Assembly (NCBI GenBank): GCA_003344405.1
Contig: NOWV01000131.1
Coordinates: 62,001-126,000, forward strand
Source: Trichoplax sp. H2
Taxonomy: Eukaryota
Length of the DNA stretch: 64,000 nucleotides
Direction of reading: 5' to 3'
The stretch's first letter is position 1. Each line of letters opens with the position of its first letter. Shown piece after piece: positions 50,101-64,000 of this stretch. A program made the translations under genes and the position numbers. A model generated the notes under the pieces. The model saw only the letters and a program-made list of their open reading frames with translations. It did no database searches and was not told the DNA's origin.

Positions 50101-50695
50101 TTCGCTAAGTGGACAGTATAGTGCTACTAGCAGAAACTTCTAAATTTACAGCAGGATCCAATTAAAAAAATAGTATCAAAACGCCAGATGAATCAACAAA
50201 TAATTACAGTACGTAAATATGTTACTACAATGTGATAAAATGGAAAAGAAATAAATATCGATCATGACCTTGGCATTGGTTACGACTGATTCAAGAAAAA
50301 TTGTCATGGTTTATACTTACTGTACTGTACACTGTACAGCACAGTAATCAGTAATCTGCAACTGATTATTATTATTATTACTACGGAGCTCAAAAAAGGC
50401 TGAGAAGACGTAATAATGTTGTGGCTAGATGACTACATACAGTATAGTTATCTACCTGTTCAATGTTTAAATTTATAGCACCATGTACACTTGTACAATA
50501 TATGGTAGATATGTTACATAAATAATAAATATTACAATTGCAGAAATCTGCACGTACACGATTATCGTACTAGAAGTTTTGGATCAAGTCGATTTTATAG
50601 GATCCGAAGTTTTAATATCTATGTGTACAGCACTGTTTAGTTGCAAGGCTTGTTCTCACGGTCGAATTTTGAAAGTAGTTATTGCAGAGCCTTAC

Positions 50696-51262
50696 CTTGC
50701 TTGAACGAGTGACGGCCGAGCCAGATCTCGGTCTTCGAGATCCCAATTCGTTGAAAGAATTCCATAAACCATCTTTTGGTGTAACAGACAGTTTGGAGAT
50801 GGAACTTTGTGAAAGCGACAGGCTGCCAAAATGACCCAATGGCTTACTTGGTAAATTTTCTATAATTAATAAAATAAGAATCCGATAAATCGACTGATAA
50901 TGGTTGTGTTGTCTGCACAGTACATACAGTATATGAACATAATTGCAGCTTTCAACATACAGTACTAACAAAAGTATAAATTGATTTGACAAAAATCATT
51001 AGGCAATAAAATAATGCAAACAGGATCATAATCAACGGTAATTAATCCTGCAAATTTTTTTGATTGCTGTGAGTCATTTTGATATGGCTGCGATCACTTT
51101 TAAAACATGAAAATACAAGCATCTACGGAAACATCAAATTGAAAAAGACGTACGTCCTTGATTAATAGGAAAGTTTTGGTCAAATAAACTTTCGGATCGG
51201 ACCCTATTCTCAACATGCTTCAGAGAGTGAACCGAGACGTAAGATGGAGCTAAATTGGCCAT
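50696..51262 (-). CDS. Uncharacterised small spliced gene: first two exons supported, 3' end uncertain (possibly exon 50104-50048)
   Basis: Exon 51262-51154 (ATG GCC AAT...GGA C|GTACGT, phase 1) joins in frame to exon 50859-50696 (TATAG|AA...AAG|GTAAGG). Product: MANLAPSYVSVHSLKHVENRVRSESLFDQNFPINQGQNLPSKPLGHFGSLSLSQSSISKLSVTPKDGLWNSFNELGSRRPRSGSAVTRSSK. No family recognised. Confidence 0.45.
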
Positions 51263-54200
51263 GGTTTCTCTTGATGCGATCTCAAGATGAATCAAAATTG
51301 TGATCCTTTATAAAGCACTGCGCTTGCCGGTACATCAACGTTTCAGAAAGAAGTAACAATGTGCACTTTGATAGCAGAAAAACAATCAAAAATGATTTGT
51401 CTTGCTTTTACCGCATTGCCAAGTAAGATATAGACACACTGTACAGTAGCAGAGTATGCTTGAACCCTAAGGGCTTGTCATGGGCTGTACCCATTCAAAG
51501 CTGATGAAACTGCTAACGCAATGCATTGTAAAATTGCGTAGTCTACAGTCTACTGTACTGTACTGTACAGTACAGTACAGTAAAATGACGCGGTAAAATG
51601 CAAAGGGTACAGTACTGTCAGTACAGTACAGTATTCAGTACTGTACTGTACTGCACAGTAGTTCTGACTACTACTCGGCCAACCGGCTTAACCAGTTATT
51701 ATCATGCTGAGATATATAATGTAATCATATAAATAAGAAGATAACCACTTTTAGACCCGAAGTGAACCGATTCACAGAGAAATCAGAGGATTAATAATAT
51801 AATTATTATAATTGTTTACATTATCGTCTCTATGGACGGAATTGAATATTTGGGCAGTTATTATTTTTATTCTTGCCCTTATGGGATATGCAATGCAATA
51901 CTGTATTTAGATGCATACTGTACTATAGAAAGTACTATAGTCGAGTAAATTGAAAACAATTTCTAATTTCAAAATACTGTATGCTTGTTGCTTATTACTC
52001 TCCATTTGGATTACATCAATCGATAATTATAATGATAAGTTATGTGGATCTACAAGGCTGTAACTCAGATTTACCATTACTTCAAGTATAACCCTGATAT
52101 TTCCTTTTGAAGATTGATATAATTAGTCGAATTTCCAAGATTCCCATCGGACGTAAACTCTGTATGTTTCCCATTTCTTTTATAGGGCTTGATCCGCCCC
52201 GTAATAAATACAAATACAGTATAATATATATCGACAGCAATGATTCCGGGTAATATATACTAAAGTGGTAATATCGACATATTCATGGGTGATTTATCAG
52301 TCCTTGGCAGTCGCATAACCTCATTTGAGTTGTAACATTTTTCAAACGGCATAATGTCAGAAGCGGCTTGCTTAAACGTTCAAACCTTCATCATAGGGGG
52401 CTTGTATCTCTTTCTCAATCTTATGTTGGCGGAACTTATTCACTGTCAATACTTCTCTGCGGTAGTCAAGAGGTACGGTACTTTTTCAAAGAAATCGTTA
52501 TATCGACGTAATTGCGGTCTAAGCCGCATTTAGATTCTAGTGCTACTCTACTATTCAATGTAAAATTGGCGTACTAGCCTACTTTTTACATGTACCTACA
52601 TTGTATTCACTTTTGATGATATATAATACAAGCGTGAATCAATGATGGTCATTATCATACCATTTAATTAGTTGTTTATGAATAATAAGAGAGCATGCAT
52701 CATCGCTATGACGTAAATAACATTTCTAATTAAATGAAATTGGTGTAGATCAAATAAATATCGCAAGTTGAATCGGTAATGATGGCTAAATGTTTATTCC
52801 TAGTTGTAGTCAACAAAGGAAGAATATACATATACGTGATACCATGATAGTACAGTATACCATACATTAAACGTTGTACAATGGTAAAGTAGACTGTGTG
52901 GATCAGGTCAAATCCAAAATTGATAACAACTACAGTATCAGTATATTGGCCATTTGGCGTCCACTAAAATGATTCAGTACTATACTAAAAGTTATAATGA
53001 AAACATTAAACAAACAAAACAGACAATAGTATTAATTGTTTTCCTATTCTACTTGAAGCCGGATCTATTAAAGTTTGCAGTAATTACCCTAGTTTTCTCA
53101 GAAATTATCTTCTATACTGTAACCAGCAGATAATAAACGTTTGAGTATACCAAAACTACATCAGTTATTATTTAGAGATTTTTTCATGTATTACGGCATG
53201 ATTTTATAAACTGGGTAGTACTATAGATATAAATTGACCGTTAAAATTTAGTGTGTCTATAAGCTTGGAAGAAGGTATTCTAGCATTAGATCGATTGACT
53301 TACATATGAGAAAATATCGAATTCATGCTATTTACTGTATACTACTGTATACGCGTATACACGAGTAAATATTACGAAAGCCAATGGACTTGTAGCAAAG
53401 TACAGTAGTGATTTCTAGTGATCCAATTTATACGTTGAACTTTGACATAGGCAGTAAAGTTGGCCATTCAGATAATACCCCTAAAGGCACTACGCTATCA
53501 TTAATCACCTTACAGATAATACTAATAATATAATTGAACGTTTATAGAGCAATTGTTCGTATACAAGCAACTCTTTCGAAATGATAAATTAACGAAGAAT
53601 CGATTAAAGAACCGTTAAACCAAATCCGGTTTGTGACCGGCATCCATTATACATGTCCGAAAGTTAATTAGCATCTGGGTAAATGTAATCGTCATATCAA
53701 ATATTGTTCTTTTAATGTCCAATGTTACTGGCTACCATCAATCCCTTTAGTGGCGTAAGTTTAATGTGGTTTTTAATCGAAGAAAACGATATTAGTAGGC
53801 AAGGAAAGTGAGTTCTACATAAAAATTTTGAATTAAAGATGTTGATATGATAACATTCACTATAAGTATGCTAGTATAAAGGCATTTGTATCGTTAATGA
53901 ATGAAGAAGTTCATCTATTATTGATTATCATGATTATTGTAGTCTTTCTGCTGTACTGTATTCTACAGTAACTGAATAATGAATGGCCCAATATTTATTT
54001 AACTTGAATTCAAAAGCATCGTATTACGACAAATTTTTAGACGGCGCCAATAACTGATGTTCCGCCTTCGGAGTAACAAAATATTATATTAGTATCGTAT
54101 CCTTAATATTCCTTATGTAAGCAAAATGTACTTGCATTATAACGCTATTCATTTTAGCCATATGCTAATCAATAATAAAAAATAATTAGGAAGTTTAGTT

Positions 54201-57200
54201 CACTGCTTGGCTTCACGAGAGTTTTGTTTTCAATTATTTTACTTCTTAGAAAATCTAATTAACAACAGGCCTATTCAAAGACATTAAGCTAAGAATGATA
54301 GCTTATTTTATAGCGGAAAACATTCTATTAATTAAAAAATCGTATCATGCTTTATATTGAAGTTATGGGATAGTTATTTAAATTACAGTAAGAGTTGATA
54401 TGTGTACGTCTGTGTCGCTGGATATAAATCATAGAAAGAAAACCTCCTGAAAGCAGAATTTAATTTATGAATAATTCGAAGGGTAAACTACGTATAACGA
54501 GTAAATTAATTTTTCAACATGTAATTATAGTGAACATATGGAAGATTTGCATAGCATTTAATAAAAAATATCATAATAACTTACTCAAATTTAAAAAATA
54601 TAATAATAAAAATCAAATTAAATATGGAATGAGATACGTATGCAATAATTTAATCATAAAAAATCAATATGACGAGTAACCATCGCATAATACGTATACA
54701 TAATTCTTAGTAAGCTGAGTTGTCTGATTATTTTGGAGATGTGTCATTTTTAAATAAAAAGACTTTATTTTACGATTTATTTTACATGAATTCAAAGATT
54801 AGATAATTAATTTTTTGATTTTTCTGTACGGTAATTATGGCAAGTGATCGTATAACAACAGATTTCAGTTCGAGTAAAAAGTTGAACCTTGGCACTAATT
54901 ATCCATAGAGGCTAAATTTATGGCACAGCTTTTCTGGTCATTATGATCATCATCTATCTGTCAACTTGCCAACAACATCGCGTAAATAAAATAATACTTA
55001 ATTAACAACAATATATATTACCGCACGTACAGCAAGGGTTTCGAACTTATTTTACGGTATTCCCCAGCTGTAACCTAACGACTATCTCTTTAAATCGACG
55101 TATGCCCATAATACAGCATGCAATACAATACCTGGCCACTATTTGATTATAATCTTTATAGGTAAATAGATCAAGATTAGAAAATAATCTACTTTTATAC
55201 TGTAAAGTGAAATGCCGTTATATTTACAAATAAAATGATAATTCTATTTACTAATTGTGGAGGTCACATATGCTTCAATGGGTTTACAAAGGCTTGACGT
55301 TTACATATATTTTATCGGAATTTTGTCGCTCACATCGTCTTTACCTATGTAAGCAAATCCATTATTACGCTAGAAAGTCGAAAGTTCGATTATGATATAC
55401 CAATCAGCTTATTTTTTGATTTCTGTAATGGAATTAAGTTTGAAGGAATAGGATTACGTAATGTTATGAAATGCCAGCGCAGCCATGTCGATACTGCATA
55501 ATGAAGTATTGATACACGCCACTAGTAGCTGGTAATGCACAGTGATCTAAGCTCATACACGATACAGTAATTTAAGATGCTTGCTTTTCGATTTACTATA
55601 CTCCTGTGCATCTACAGTTTATAATGTATGCGGTCGTACGATACGTATTTTTGTTCAAATTTTGCCATGAATAAATTACAAATGAGAGTTTAATGTATTT
55701 CACTAAACATAGTAATATTAAAATTGTAATAAAACTTGTTTCTCGAGTTTCTCTATAATTAAATTATAATTGTATATGATTCGGAATAAAACAGATTTTA
55801 TTATGAGTTCATTGTATTGGCTAACACTACTGTATAGCACCATAGTAAATAAAATATTTTTTTTTCTCATCGGTAGACCAACAATACTAACGATTATCCA
55901 TCTACTTTATACGAATAAGGATAGCGTAGCTATACTGGATGTGCAGAACTTCTAGCGTTATTCGCGCAATAGAGTTCATAATAAGAATAACATAATTGTT
56001 AGATATCGGTACGATACAATGATTCTTATTAAATACTTTTAAGGTAATATTAGTTGTCACCCCTGTAACATGTGATAAGACGAAATTCATCAGATGATAA
56101 GTAAGACAGAGTATGCAGTCTATAAATACCGGTAATTAATAATAAAGTGCTAGCTACAATTATATTCTCGGAGTAATCTCTTACTTTGTATAAGATTAAT
56201 TATGTTACCTATACATCGATATCTATGCTGTATATATAATTATTAATTCGGAAATTGAATATTATAGCTTAGTAAAAGGCCCTCTATGTCAGTACTATAT
56301 TTCTATATCTGTGTCTATGTTTACTATTAATTTCCACTGTAACTCAGTATTGTGGCATATTCATTGTAGTACTGATGTGTAGTACAATGTTGTAAAATAT
56401 ACCCCAGTGAAAAGATAAATGAATTGTGCATTGATCAATTTGATATTTCTAATGCTGATATATAGTATACTATAGTAAAATATACCCTACGAATGATATA
56501 CTGTATTAGGCAGTATTGAAATATTAGACCATCGCATAAGATTTATTATAAAGAGGATTCTCGCAAATTTCAAATTTTATCATCCTATGATTTGAAGATT
56601 GTAATTCGGAAATTGAATATTGTGGCTATAGACTTCAATTATTTAGACTTATTTCATGTCTAATTTTGCTTCAGTAGAATACATTTTGACGACAGTAATA
56701 ATAATTATATTATACATACAGATATAATTTACCTATTTTTTTTAGCGAATTCATTACAGAAATATAAGTATTATACTGTATGTTCTCGACATTACAGTAA
56801 ACAAGGTAATTAATAATATTTATGTACACTTGTACAGTATTTATACAATTAATAATTATAATATATACATGATATATATATATATATACAATTAGCGTTA
56901 TTGTATGCAGTCTGACATGAATTAAAGGTGCAGCAGTAATGTAAAAGCGATCATCAAAGATTGTTAAACGCCCTCGTTATACGCTGAGTAACAGTACTGC
57001 ATAAAAATCGAGGGATCTAATTCAATGCACATAATTGTAGTGTACAAGTGTACAGTTGATAGTTGGTAGTAAAGCCAGTAAATATACAAACCTAAAAGAG
57101 TATTTCCACAGTAGCCGATAAGATGCCATGATCCATTCTTTCTTTAGTATTCCCTGATTCAGTTCATAGAATTCTTTTTTATATCAACGGATCCACTCAT

Positions 57201-57750
57201 ACTCGTGTAGCTTCTTTTCGTAGAAGTGGAGTACCCCTTAAAAAAAGTGTGCAAAATAGATATCGCACAAATCTCTACGCTCTACTACAAACGCCGCATT
57301 ATTCTACGACAGTTGTTTTGTATAAGTGTAATATCAACAGTACAGTACAGTACATAATATCAATCAGTACAGTCATTGAAAGTCATGGATGGGAAGGGAC
57401 GTACAGATGGTATCCACCCGTCACCCATCAACTACGGTAGCAGATATACAGTACAGTACACAAGCATGTAACAAAACGACGAACGACTGGTTATTAAGCT
57501 CGGTGCAAGGAGCTGCTTGATCTTCGATGCATCTTATATCGATCTGTTTCAGGTCTTTGGTGAGCCCTTTACTAGTTTATAATGGCTTCATACAATATTG
57601 ATCAATTTTTGTATGCAATATTATAGGATGCATGCTGTCATATTGTTTATCTGCGTCAGACGATGAAGTAAATTTATTAGAATTATGGTATCAGTAAATA
57701 ACGCAACGTAGTCAACGTCTACATAGTCTAGTAGGAAGATTTTAGGCAAT

Positions 57751-60557
57751 ATGACAGACTCATTTAAGGTTTGGCTGCAAACAGTTTGCAAAGATTTTTC
57801 AGAATTAAAAAACGAAGAGAAAACTATCTGCTTGAAGGAATTGATAGAACTTTGTGGACCTTCTCAGTTATTTTCCCTTTGGCATCAATTTAGTCCAGTT
57901 CTACACTGCGATTTCTTGCAGTATTTACCGTTGGAAATAGTTTATAAAATCTTGCGTTATGTCCAAATCGAGCATGCCTTGCAATGCCGATTAGTAAGCA
58001 GAAAATGGAATCAAGTTATCTGTCGCTGTATTCCGTTATGGAAAAGTGCCTGTAGTGACGTTGGAGTTAATGTTGATAATGTTTTGTTCAAAAATAAGCA
58101 TTACAGCGCTTGGAGAAAATTATATCTGCAATGCAGGACGAAGCTTAAGGCGGTATCGAATACAAGCTGTTATGTTGAAACCAAACTAGCTGGTCATACA
58201 TTGCCTGTTAGAGCTGTAAAATATTACCAAACTTTACTAGCTACAGGTATGAATATTTGTCTGGGATCTAGAATTTATCAGTGGTAATCATACTTTGATG
58301 CATGACGTGTGACGATGTGAAAATATGTTCGATATCTTGTTATTGATGACTATGCTTAGGACAACGATTGTAGAATACAAAAACTGCATGTGTTATGATA
58401 TTATAGCTCTTGATCAAACGCGATTATTGTTACTGTCCTATACTGTACCATGGACTTCTAGATACTGTACCTAGAAGTCTACGCCTATATCTACCCTTTT
58501 ACGAGGTTACAATGAAGAATGCTATTATTCGATTTGTTTCTATCATTACTGTAGCAAAGTTATGACTAACACAGTATGTGTAAACTAAAATTTATAGCAT
58601 AATATTGAATTGATATACGTATTAATTCTCTATTCTACTGCATTATATACTATGTGTAGGTTCCGATGATAGGACTGTACGCATTTGGAGAAAAATAAAT
58701 GATCAGTTTCACTGCAATCATGTCCTTCAAACGCATTCATGTGCAGCTTTAAAGTTTGATGCAAATATTATTTTGACGGCTTCTTTCGATACATCGGCAG
58801 CCGCCTGGAATTGGCAAAGTGGCCAGCTAATCCAAAGATTTAAAGGACACACTGGAGCAGGTTAATTTACTGTATATGAAATTATGATTTATGCGAGCGC
58901 AGTGAGTAATAATATTGCATAATAACTCGTTTCGAAATCTAGTTGTCTATACAAATAATTTAAGAATTGTTTTACGTTCGTAATTGTTCTTCTGCTTGCA
59001 TTACAGTAATAGAAGTTATTTTCTGTACTGTTGATTATTGTATTATATGATATTGAAATCTCAAATGCAGTTCTTGATGAACTTGAAATTTATTGTAGAA
59101 TACTGTATACTGTACAGTATAATGACACATTTTGTCGTTTTTTAGTAGCTAGTCATGTCAACGAAATTAAAATTTAAAGGAGCTTAATTTACCTAATGTC
59201 AAATTTCTATTTCAGACTTATACGTGTATATATGTATGTTATGATCAGTGCATAATCCTCTTATCCATGGTTTATTAGGACTATATTTACAAATAAAACG
59301 TATCAGCCCAATACTATCCATAATAATCCATTCCTACCAACAATTGAATCTCATTGTTTCACCAGTTTCCTATTGCAATTTTAATTTTCTCTTAGTTGGG
59401 ATATTAAAACACTTCTATTATAATACGGTTAGAGATGTATGAGCAGATTTTAGAACCTTATGATTTGTTTTGTCTTTGCATCAAATTCTATTACTAGTAT
59501 ACTGCCTAGATTATGATCTAGACCAAGATTTACTTGTTACTGGCTCCACGGATAAGACAGTTAAAATATGGAAATTATCATCAGGAAGCCTACTAAAAAC
59601 TTTACGTCACGACGAGTGGATTCTAGAGGTAATAATGTATCTCAGATGTAACAAGTGATGCACTTAAATATTAGAGTAGCACATTCTAGACCTCAAAGAT
59701 TGGGCTAAAGTATGAATTTTCATATAGGTAAAACTAGCCAAATCTTTAGTTAATGGCGTGAAATTCGATAAGGAAGATCTGCTGCTAATTGTAAAAACGC
59801 GTCATATCCTTTCGGTGTGCGAGATATTATCTATTACGAAAGTTGAAAATATGCTGTATTCAATTTTATTTCTTTAACGATTGTATTACTGAAGTCTCAG
59901 TCAATACTTTTTCAAATAGATCTCAATTATTGCTGAATCGTTTCGCGAGAAGTTAATCTATCCACTCACAACTCTAAACAAGGACGACCAATTTTATCCT
60001 ACAATGCAATTCAACGGTCATGTGATTGCGTGTGCAGCAGCTAGTGGCTTATATTTTTGGAGTATATCCTCGCTATGCTGTATCAAGTACGTACTTCTTC
60101 AGCTTTCAAATTTATAGCTGAGACCCACGTATGCTGTACTGCAGTCTTTAACTACTGAAACAGTGCTGTACCCTAGCTAGTTCGTTACTATCTCATGTAC
60201 TGATATATGAATAAATATGTGGGATTTTACTTTAGATTTATTCCTTCAGAGGGAGATAAACGACTGGTCTCGTTTGGTAGCGCTTTGACAGTGATCCTTT
60301 ACAGAAGATTTGAGGGAGATATTTTGCGTATTATTGACACAAAGACTGGTTTAGAACGAGCTGCAATTTCTTTCAGTGATACTTTTGAAGTGATTGAACC
60401 TTGTACATTAAATTGGCTCGATGACATATCTATGATTCCGATGGATAACGAACCTCTGTTTGTGATGTCTCCAAGTGCAACGAGAAAACTAGATTTTAAT
60501 GTAATTATAGTGCAATGGAAAGACCTTAAAAAGGAACATGTAAGCGATTCTGTATGA
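57751..60557 (+). CDS. FBXW2: F-box/WD40 protein, FBXW2-like, about 467 aa, 6 coding exons
   Basis: Exons 57751-58246, 58660-58860, 59498-59628, 59728-59814, 59920-60086, 60236-60557, phase-consistent, 1404 nt. FBXW2-type N-terminus (F..WL..V...F..L...EK..CL..LI..CG..QL), F-box (DFLQYLPLEIVYKILRYV...CRLVSRKWN) and WD repeats (GSDDRTVRIW, ASFDTSAAAW, GSTDKTVKIW). Confidence 0.88.
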
Positions 60558-60794
60558 CAATTTGTTATAAGATAATTGATATTATATAGAAATTGAGAAT
60601 TATTTCTATTTTGTAAATAATATCGCAAAAGATAATAATTTATGTTAATGCAACAACAATATTGAACAATAAATAATTTGGTTATTTTATTGGCCAATAC
60701 AAATTTACTTTAAAGAAAAATTATGTTATTTATAAGTATATATACATATGCTCAAGTTAAATCAGCATTATATATAGAATGTTTTGTTGAAACA

Positions 60795-62808
60795 TTATAA
60801 AATGGCCGGTGAGGTTCCCAATGCAAAAAATGAAACTCCTTTATCACGAATTCTATAGTGAACGCATCTACTAAGTGGTGATAGTGAATGCAAATCATTT
60901 TGCTCTCTTCTCGTGAAAACCACCTTAAGCTAGGAGTTATTAGCAATGCAAAGAAAATTGAAATTCAGTATTTTTCCACAGTATAATACATACGAGGTAA
61001 TAAAGGAAATTCGATTAGAACTACAACTGCACTTTACACACATAGATATTTTATACTAGTATACGTTATAAAAGACCGACCTGACCGTGGACATCCTTAG
61101 ATCTCCCACTTTGTAAACCTTCTAACTCCAAAACTATGTCGGCAAAATGATGGAACCATCTACTTAAAAGATTACTTGACTGATCTTCAACGTCCGAATC
61201 ATTATGAATTAAAGATAGTATACAACCGTTGGTCTGTAAAGGAGAGAATTTGAATATGGTTAGGGTTAATAATTTTAAAAAAGCGCTATGCGTGCATTCT
61301 TTACAAGATAATATTGTTAAATTGATTGTATCAAGAAATAGTGATGATTGTATATAACCTTTTTACAGATGGTATGTTGACAGTAAGTTAGAAAGGTACA
61401 AATTTCTGTGTGTTGAAATCCAAGATATAACAATGTACTGATATCGTCTATAATCAATAAGGTCGGCAATGATTGATTTTCATTTGCAGAGATTGCCGAA
61501 TTTATGGCTTGATATAAGGAATGGAGAGATTTACAATTGCTGTAATAAATTTTTTAGGTAATCCAGGGTTAGATCGAGTAGATGTAGTTTACAACAGTTG
61601 AGTGGGTTTACAATAGATAGATTAAAGTAAAACGTATATAGTCGTTGCAGTTAAGCATTACGGTACTTTCACATACCTGGTATCCAAAAGTGGGTTTTCG
61701 ACGTCTCGATTAATAATTCCATCTAATGTATACTTCAGCCCGGGTAAAAAGACAAAAGTCTTATCGTCGCAGGCAGAATTTAGGTTTATACCCTAAAGGT
61801 AGATTTGTTCAATGACATGATGAGTGAGATGTAGAATGAGTTTTTTAATATAGCAGGTGATATTGACTGGATTTGCTTACTAGTTTCTGGGCAACTAAGC
61901 TGTAATGACTGAAAGACTGGGCAAAAGCAAGCATTACAACTTTTCCACCGCCTGAGATTGAATATGAGAATGATTATGTCATCATAACTATAACGAATTA
62001 ATGAATTCGATGGATTGCAATACATCAAAGAAGTCACACCATGTAATTGATACAAATGGATAATGTTTGATTCAAATTTAATTTATTGATAAGTTAAGAA
62101 AGTACCGGTTATTCTTATCGGTTGATTGTATGTCGTGTGCAGTCTACAAATTTACCTTGAATGTATAATGATATAAAGTGGTGCAATAAGAAACTTCCAT
62201 CTGTTTGAGAATCTATAATGACCAGCGATTTTCCCTACAATAAATAGCAATAGAACAAAATGGTTAGTAAGTAGCGTACATTAATTAATAAAACAACATT
62301 TTCGACGTTAAACTATTGTAAAGTACAGCATGCTAGTAGAGAACCATAGAGTGTACAAATCTGTTCTAATGGTGTCAGAGGCATACAGAATAGTTAGGTA
62401 GATCTTTTTTTTTACTTCTACGGGTATTGGAGTACAGTAATGCTATAGCAATGAATGAAATTTAGGCAACTTCATGTAACTTGCAATTTAGAAGCAGTAT
62501 GCTAGCAATACAGTAGAACATGTCGATTTACTTTATAGTAAAGCCTTTTCTGCGGTATACTTATGCAGCTAAACTAAAGTGCATCTCTAACTGTACATGT
62601 ACTTATGCATACAGTATTTAAAGTAGTCGATTTTGGGCATCGCAAGCGGTCTTTCGATGAACGAATAACAAATAATAAAGTAGACGAGAGCAGAACATGA
62701 TAGCCAATTTTAGCTAGGCTAATGCAGTACGAATGCCGTATTGTAAAGTATTACGTTGGGTAAATTCTTCTTGTTACATTCCAATAGAGAATTAAGTTCT
62801 GGAAACAT
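60795..62808 (-). CDS. ELP6: Elongator complex protein 6, about 262 aa, 7 exons (absent from the ORF track)
   Basis: Exons 62808-62755, 62234-62156, 61951-61881, 61792-61677, 61539-61359, 61233-61081, 60929-60795. GT-AG, phase-consistent, 789 nt. Translation MFPELNSLL...DGSFLLHHFISLY...QSFSHYSLVAQKLGINL...LIIDDISTLL...LEGLQSGRSKDVHGQL...YRIRDKGVSFFALGTSPAIL* matches ELP6 motifs. Confidence 0.92.
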
Positions 62809-64000
62809 CTTAGTAACGTGATTAAGACGATGTAGAAGGGCTCCTGAAGTGTTTAAATTTTCTTTCTCGACCTGCTAGCTGATGCTACCCTGCACGATGG
62901 AGCTCTAAGCTCAGAGACTTCGTCTGGAGATCGTCTCATAGGGGAATGTCTATGAGCATCTCGGACTCAAGTACTGTATACTGTACTGTCGTCTAGCCAG
63001 AACCAAGTATGCGACTTGGAACCGATATTAAACCCTAGTACCGGTACTCGTTCTGCATACTATATACTAGCGTTTAGCCGATAGGATGATACTGTACCCT
63101 CTCTACTATAGCAATCTTACAACTCGCCTAATATGAAGACGATGGATGTGCTTTGCAATTTTAAAAATAAGGCGGCTACTCTACATCTACTATGGCCAAC
63201 ATTGACAATGTATCAGTCCTTTTGACTTACGAGAGATCTCTTTCCTATACCATAGACATTCTTCTAGAGATTTTTGTCAACAATAATGTATAAAGTGCTT
63301 ATAGTAGACCCTTTCTACATAAGCTTATTCAGCATGGCAAGTTTACTGGCGCAAGGCATACATCTAAGGCAACGCATCCAATTTTCCTTGGTAAAGCTAC
63401 CCTACAGAAGTATCTGTAATCTCTATATAGGACAGTGGGAAAATCGTATCATATGAGAGGCTATCCTGTAGATCGAGATGAGGTGTAAATTTCCTTTGCA
63501 AAACAACCATGCATCCCGCGTATGTATCTAGACTGGTAATTAATATGCGGAATAGTTGAAGCAACATGGAAAATGGATGCACTGCAAGTTTAACCTTATT
63601 GTATTCAGGTAAAATATTGAATTATTTAATTTATGTATCGTTATTATGAGGAGATAAATTGGGATTTAGCCCATATTATAATAGAAAATATATCCATTAA
63701 TACATGTTATTTACTGTATTTGAGTGAATTTCATCCCCACCCTATGGATTTTTCGAACCTTCAACTTCTATACGAAGTCGTACAGAACATTGTCCATACT
63801 ATCACTGTATTCCTTAACATATGACTACTGTAATTAGCTAAAATTATTGACAGACATACTGTAAAAATGCTTAGTTTGTCTACAGTGTATCATGTAATCG
63901 TTGATGGTTATTTCTCAGCAAGGTACTTGAAAATGACTTCAATAGATGCCTCCCAATGCAGGACACATTAATTACTATCTATAATTGCACAAATAGTCGA

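Noticed and set aside
52354-52520. Short ATG-initiated hydrophobic ORF (MSEAACLNVQTFIIGGLYLFLNLMLAEL...)
   Set aside because: Under 60 aa, with no downstream exon identified and no family match.
60752-60946. 64-aa minus-strand ORF, and the 89-aa ORF at 61786-62055
   Set aside because: Wrong-frame overlaps of true ELP6 exons.
63130-63830. Slightly GC-richer stretch with several ~60-aa ORFs upstream of ELP6
   Set aside because: No consistent exon chain or recognisable protein on either strand; left unannotated.

Overview
AT-rich eukaryotic genomic DNA with GT-AG spliceosomal introns and animal-type genes. The compact, short-intron style suggests an early-branching metazoan such as a placozoan, but that is inference only. 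Bases 1-40.3 kb hold a head-to-tail array of six minus-strand GLUT8/Tret1-like MFS sugar-porter genes: five complete 5-exon models that I spliced by hand, plus one cut off by the left edge. An intronless, opposite-strand PhzF-family gene of bacterial/Yhi9 type sits inside the array. To the right are an intronless LIN37 (MuvB/DREAM) gene and an intronless 263-aa gene fusing hydrophobic segments to a CxxC-DH-CxxC HNH-like domain reminiscent of bacterial Rhs toxin tips. These are followed by a small uncharacterised spliced gene, a 6-exon FBXW2-like gene and a 7-exon ELP6 gene that the ORF track misses. Non-coding features include several minisatellites, MITE-like foldback elements, local duplications, and (CAGTA)n/(TACTG)n clusters that repeatedly lie just upstream of gene starts. 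The best novelty candidates are the HNH-toxin-like membrane protein, the putative HGT PhzF gene, and a three-gene transporter subclade with rewired sugar-binding residues and C-terminal PDZ ligands.
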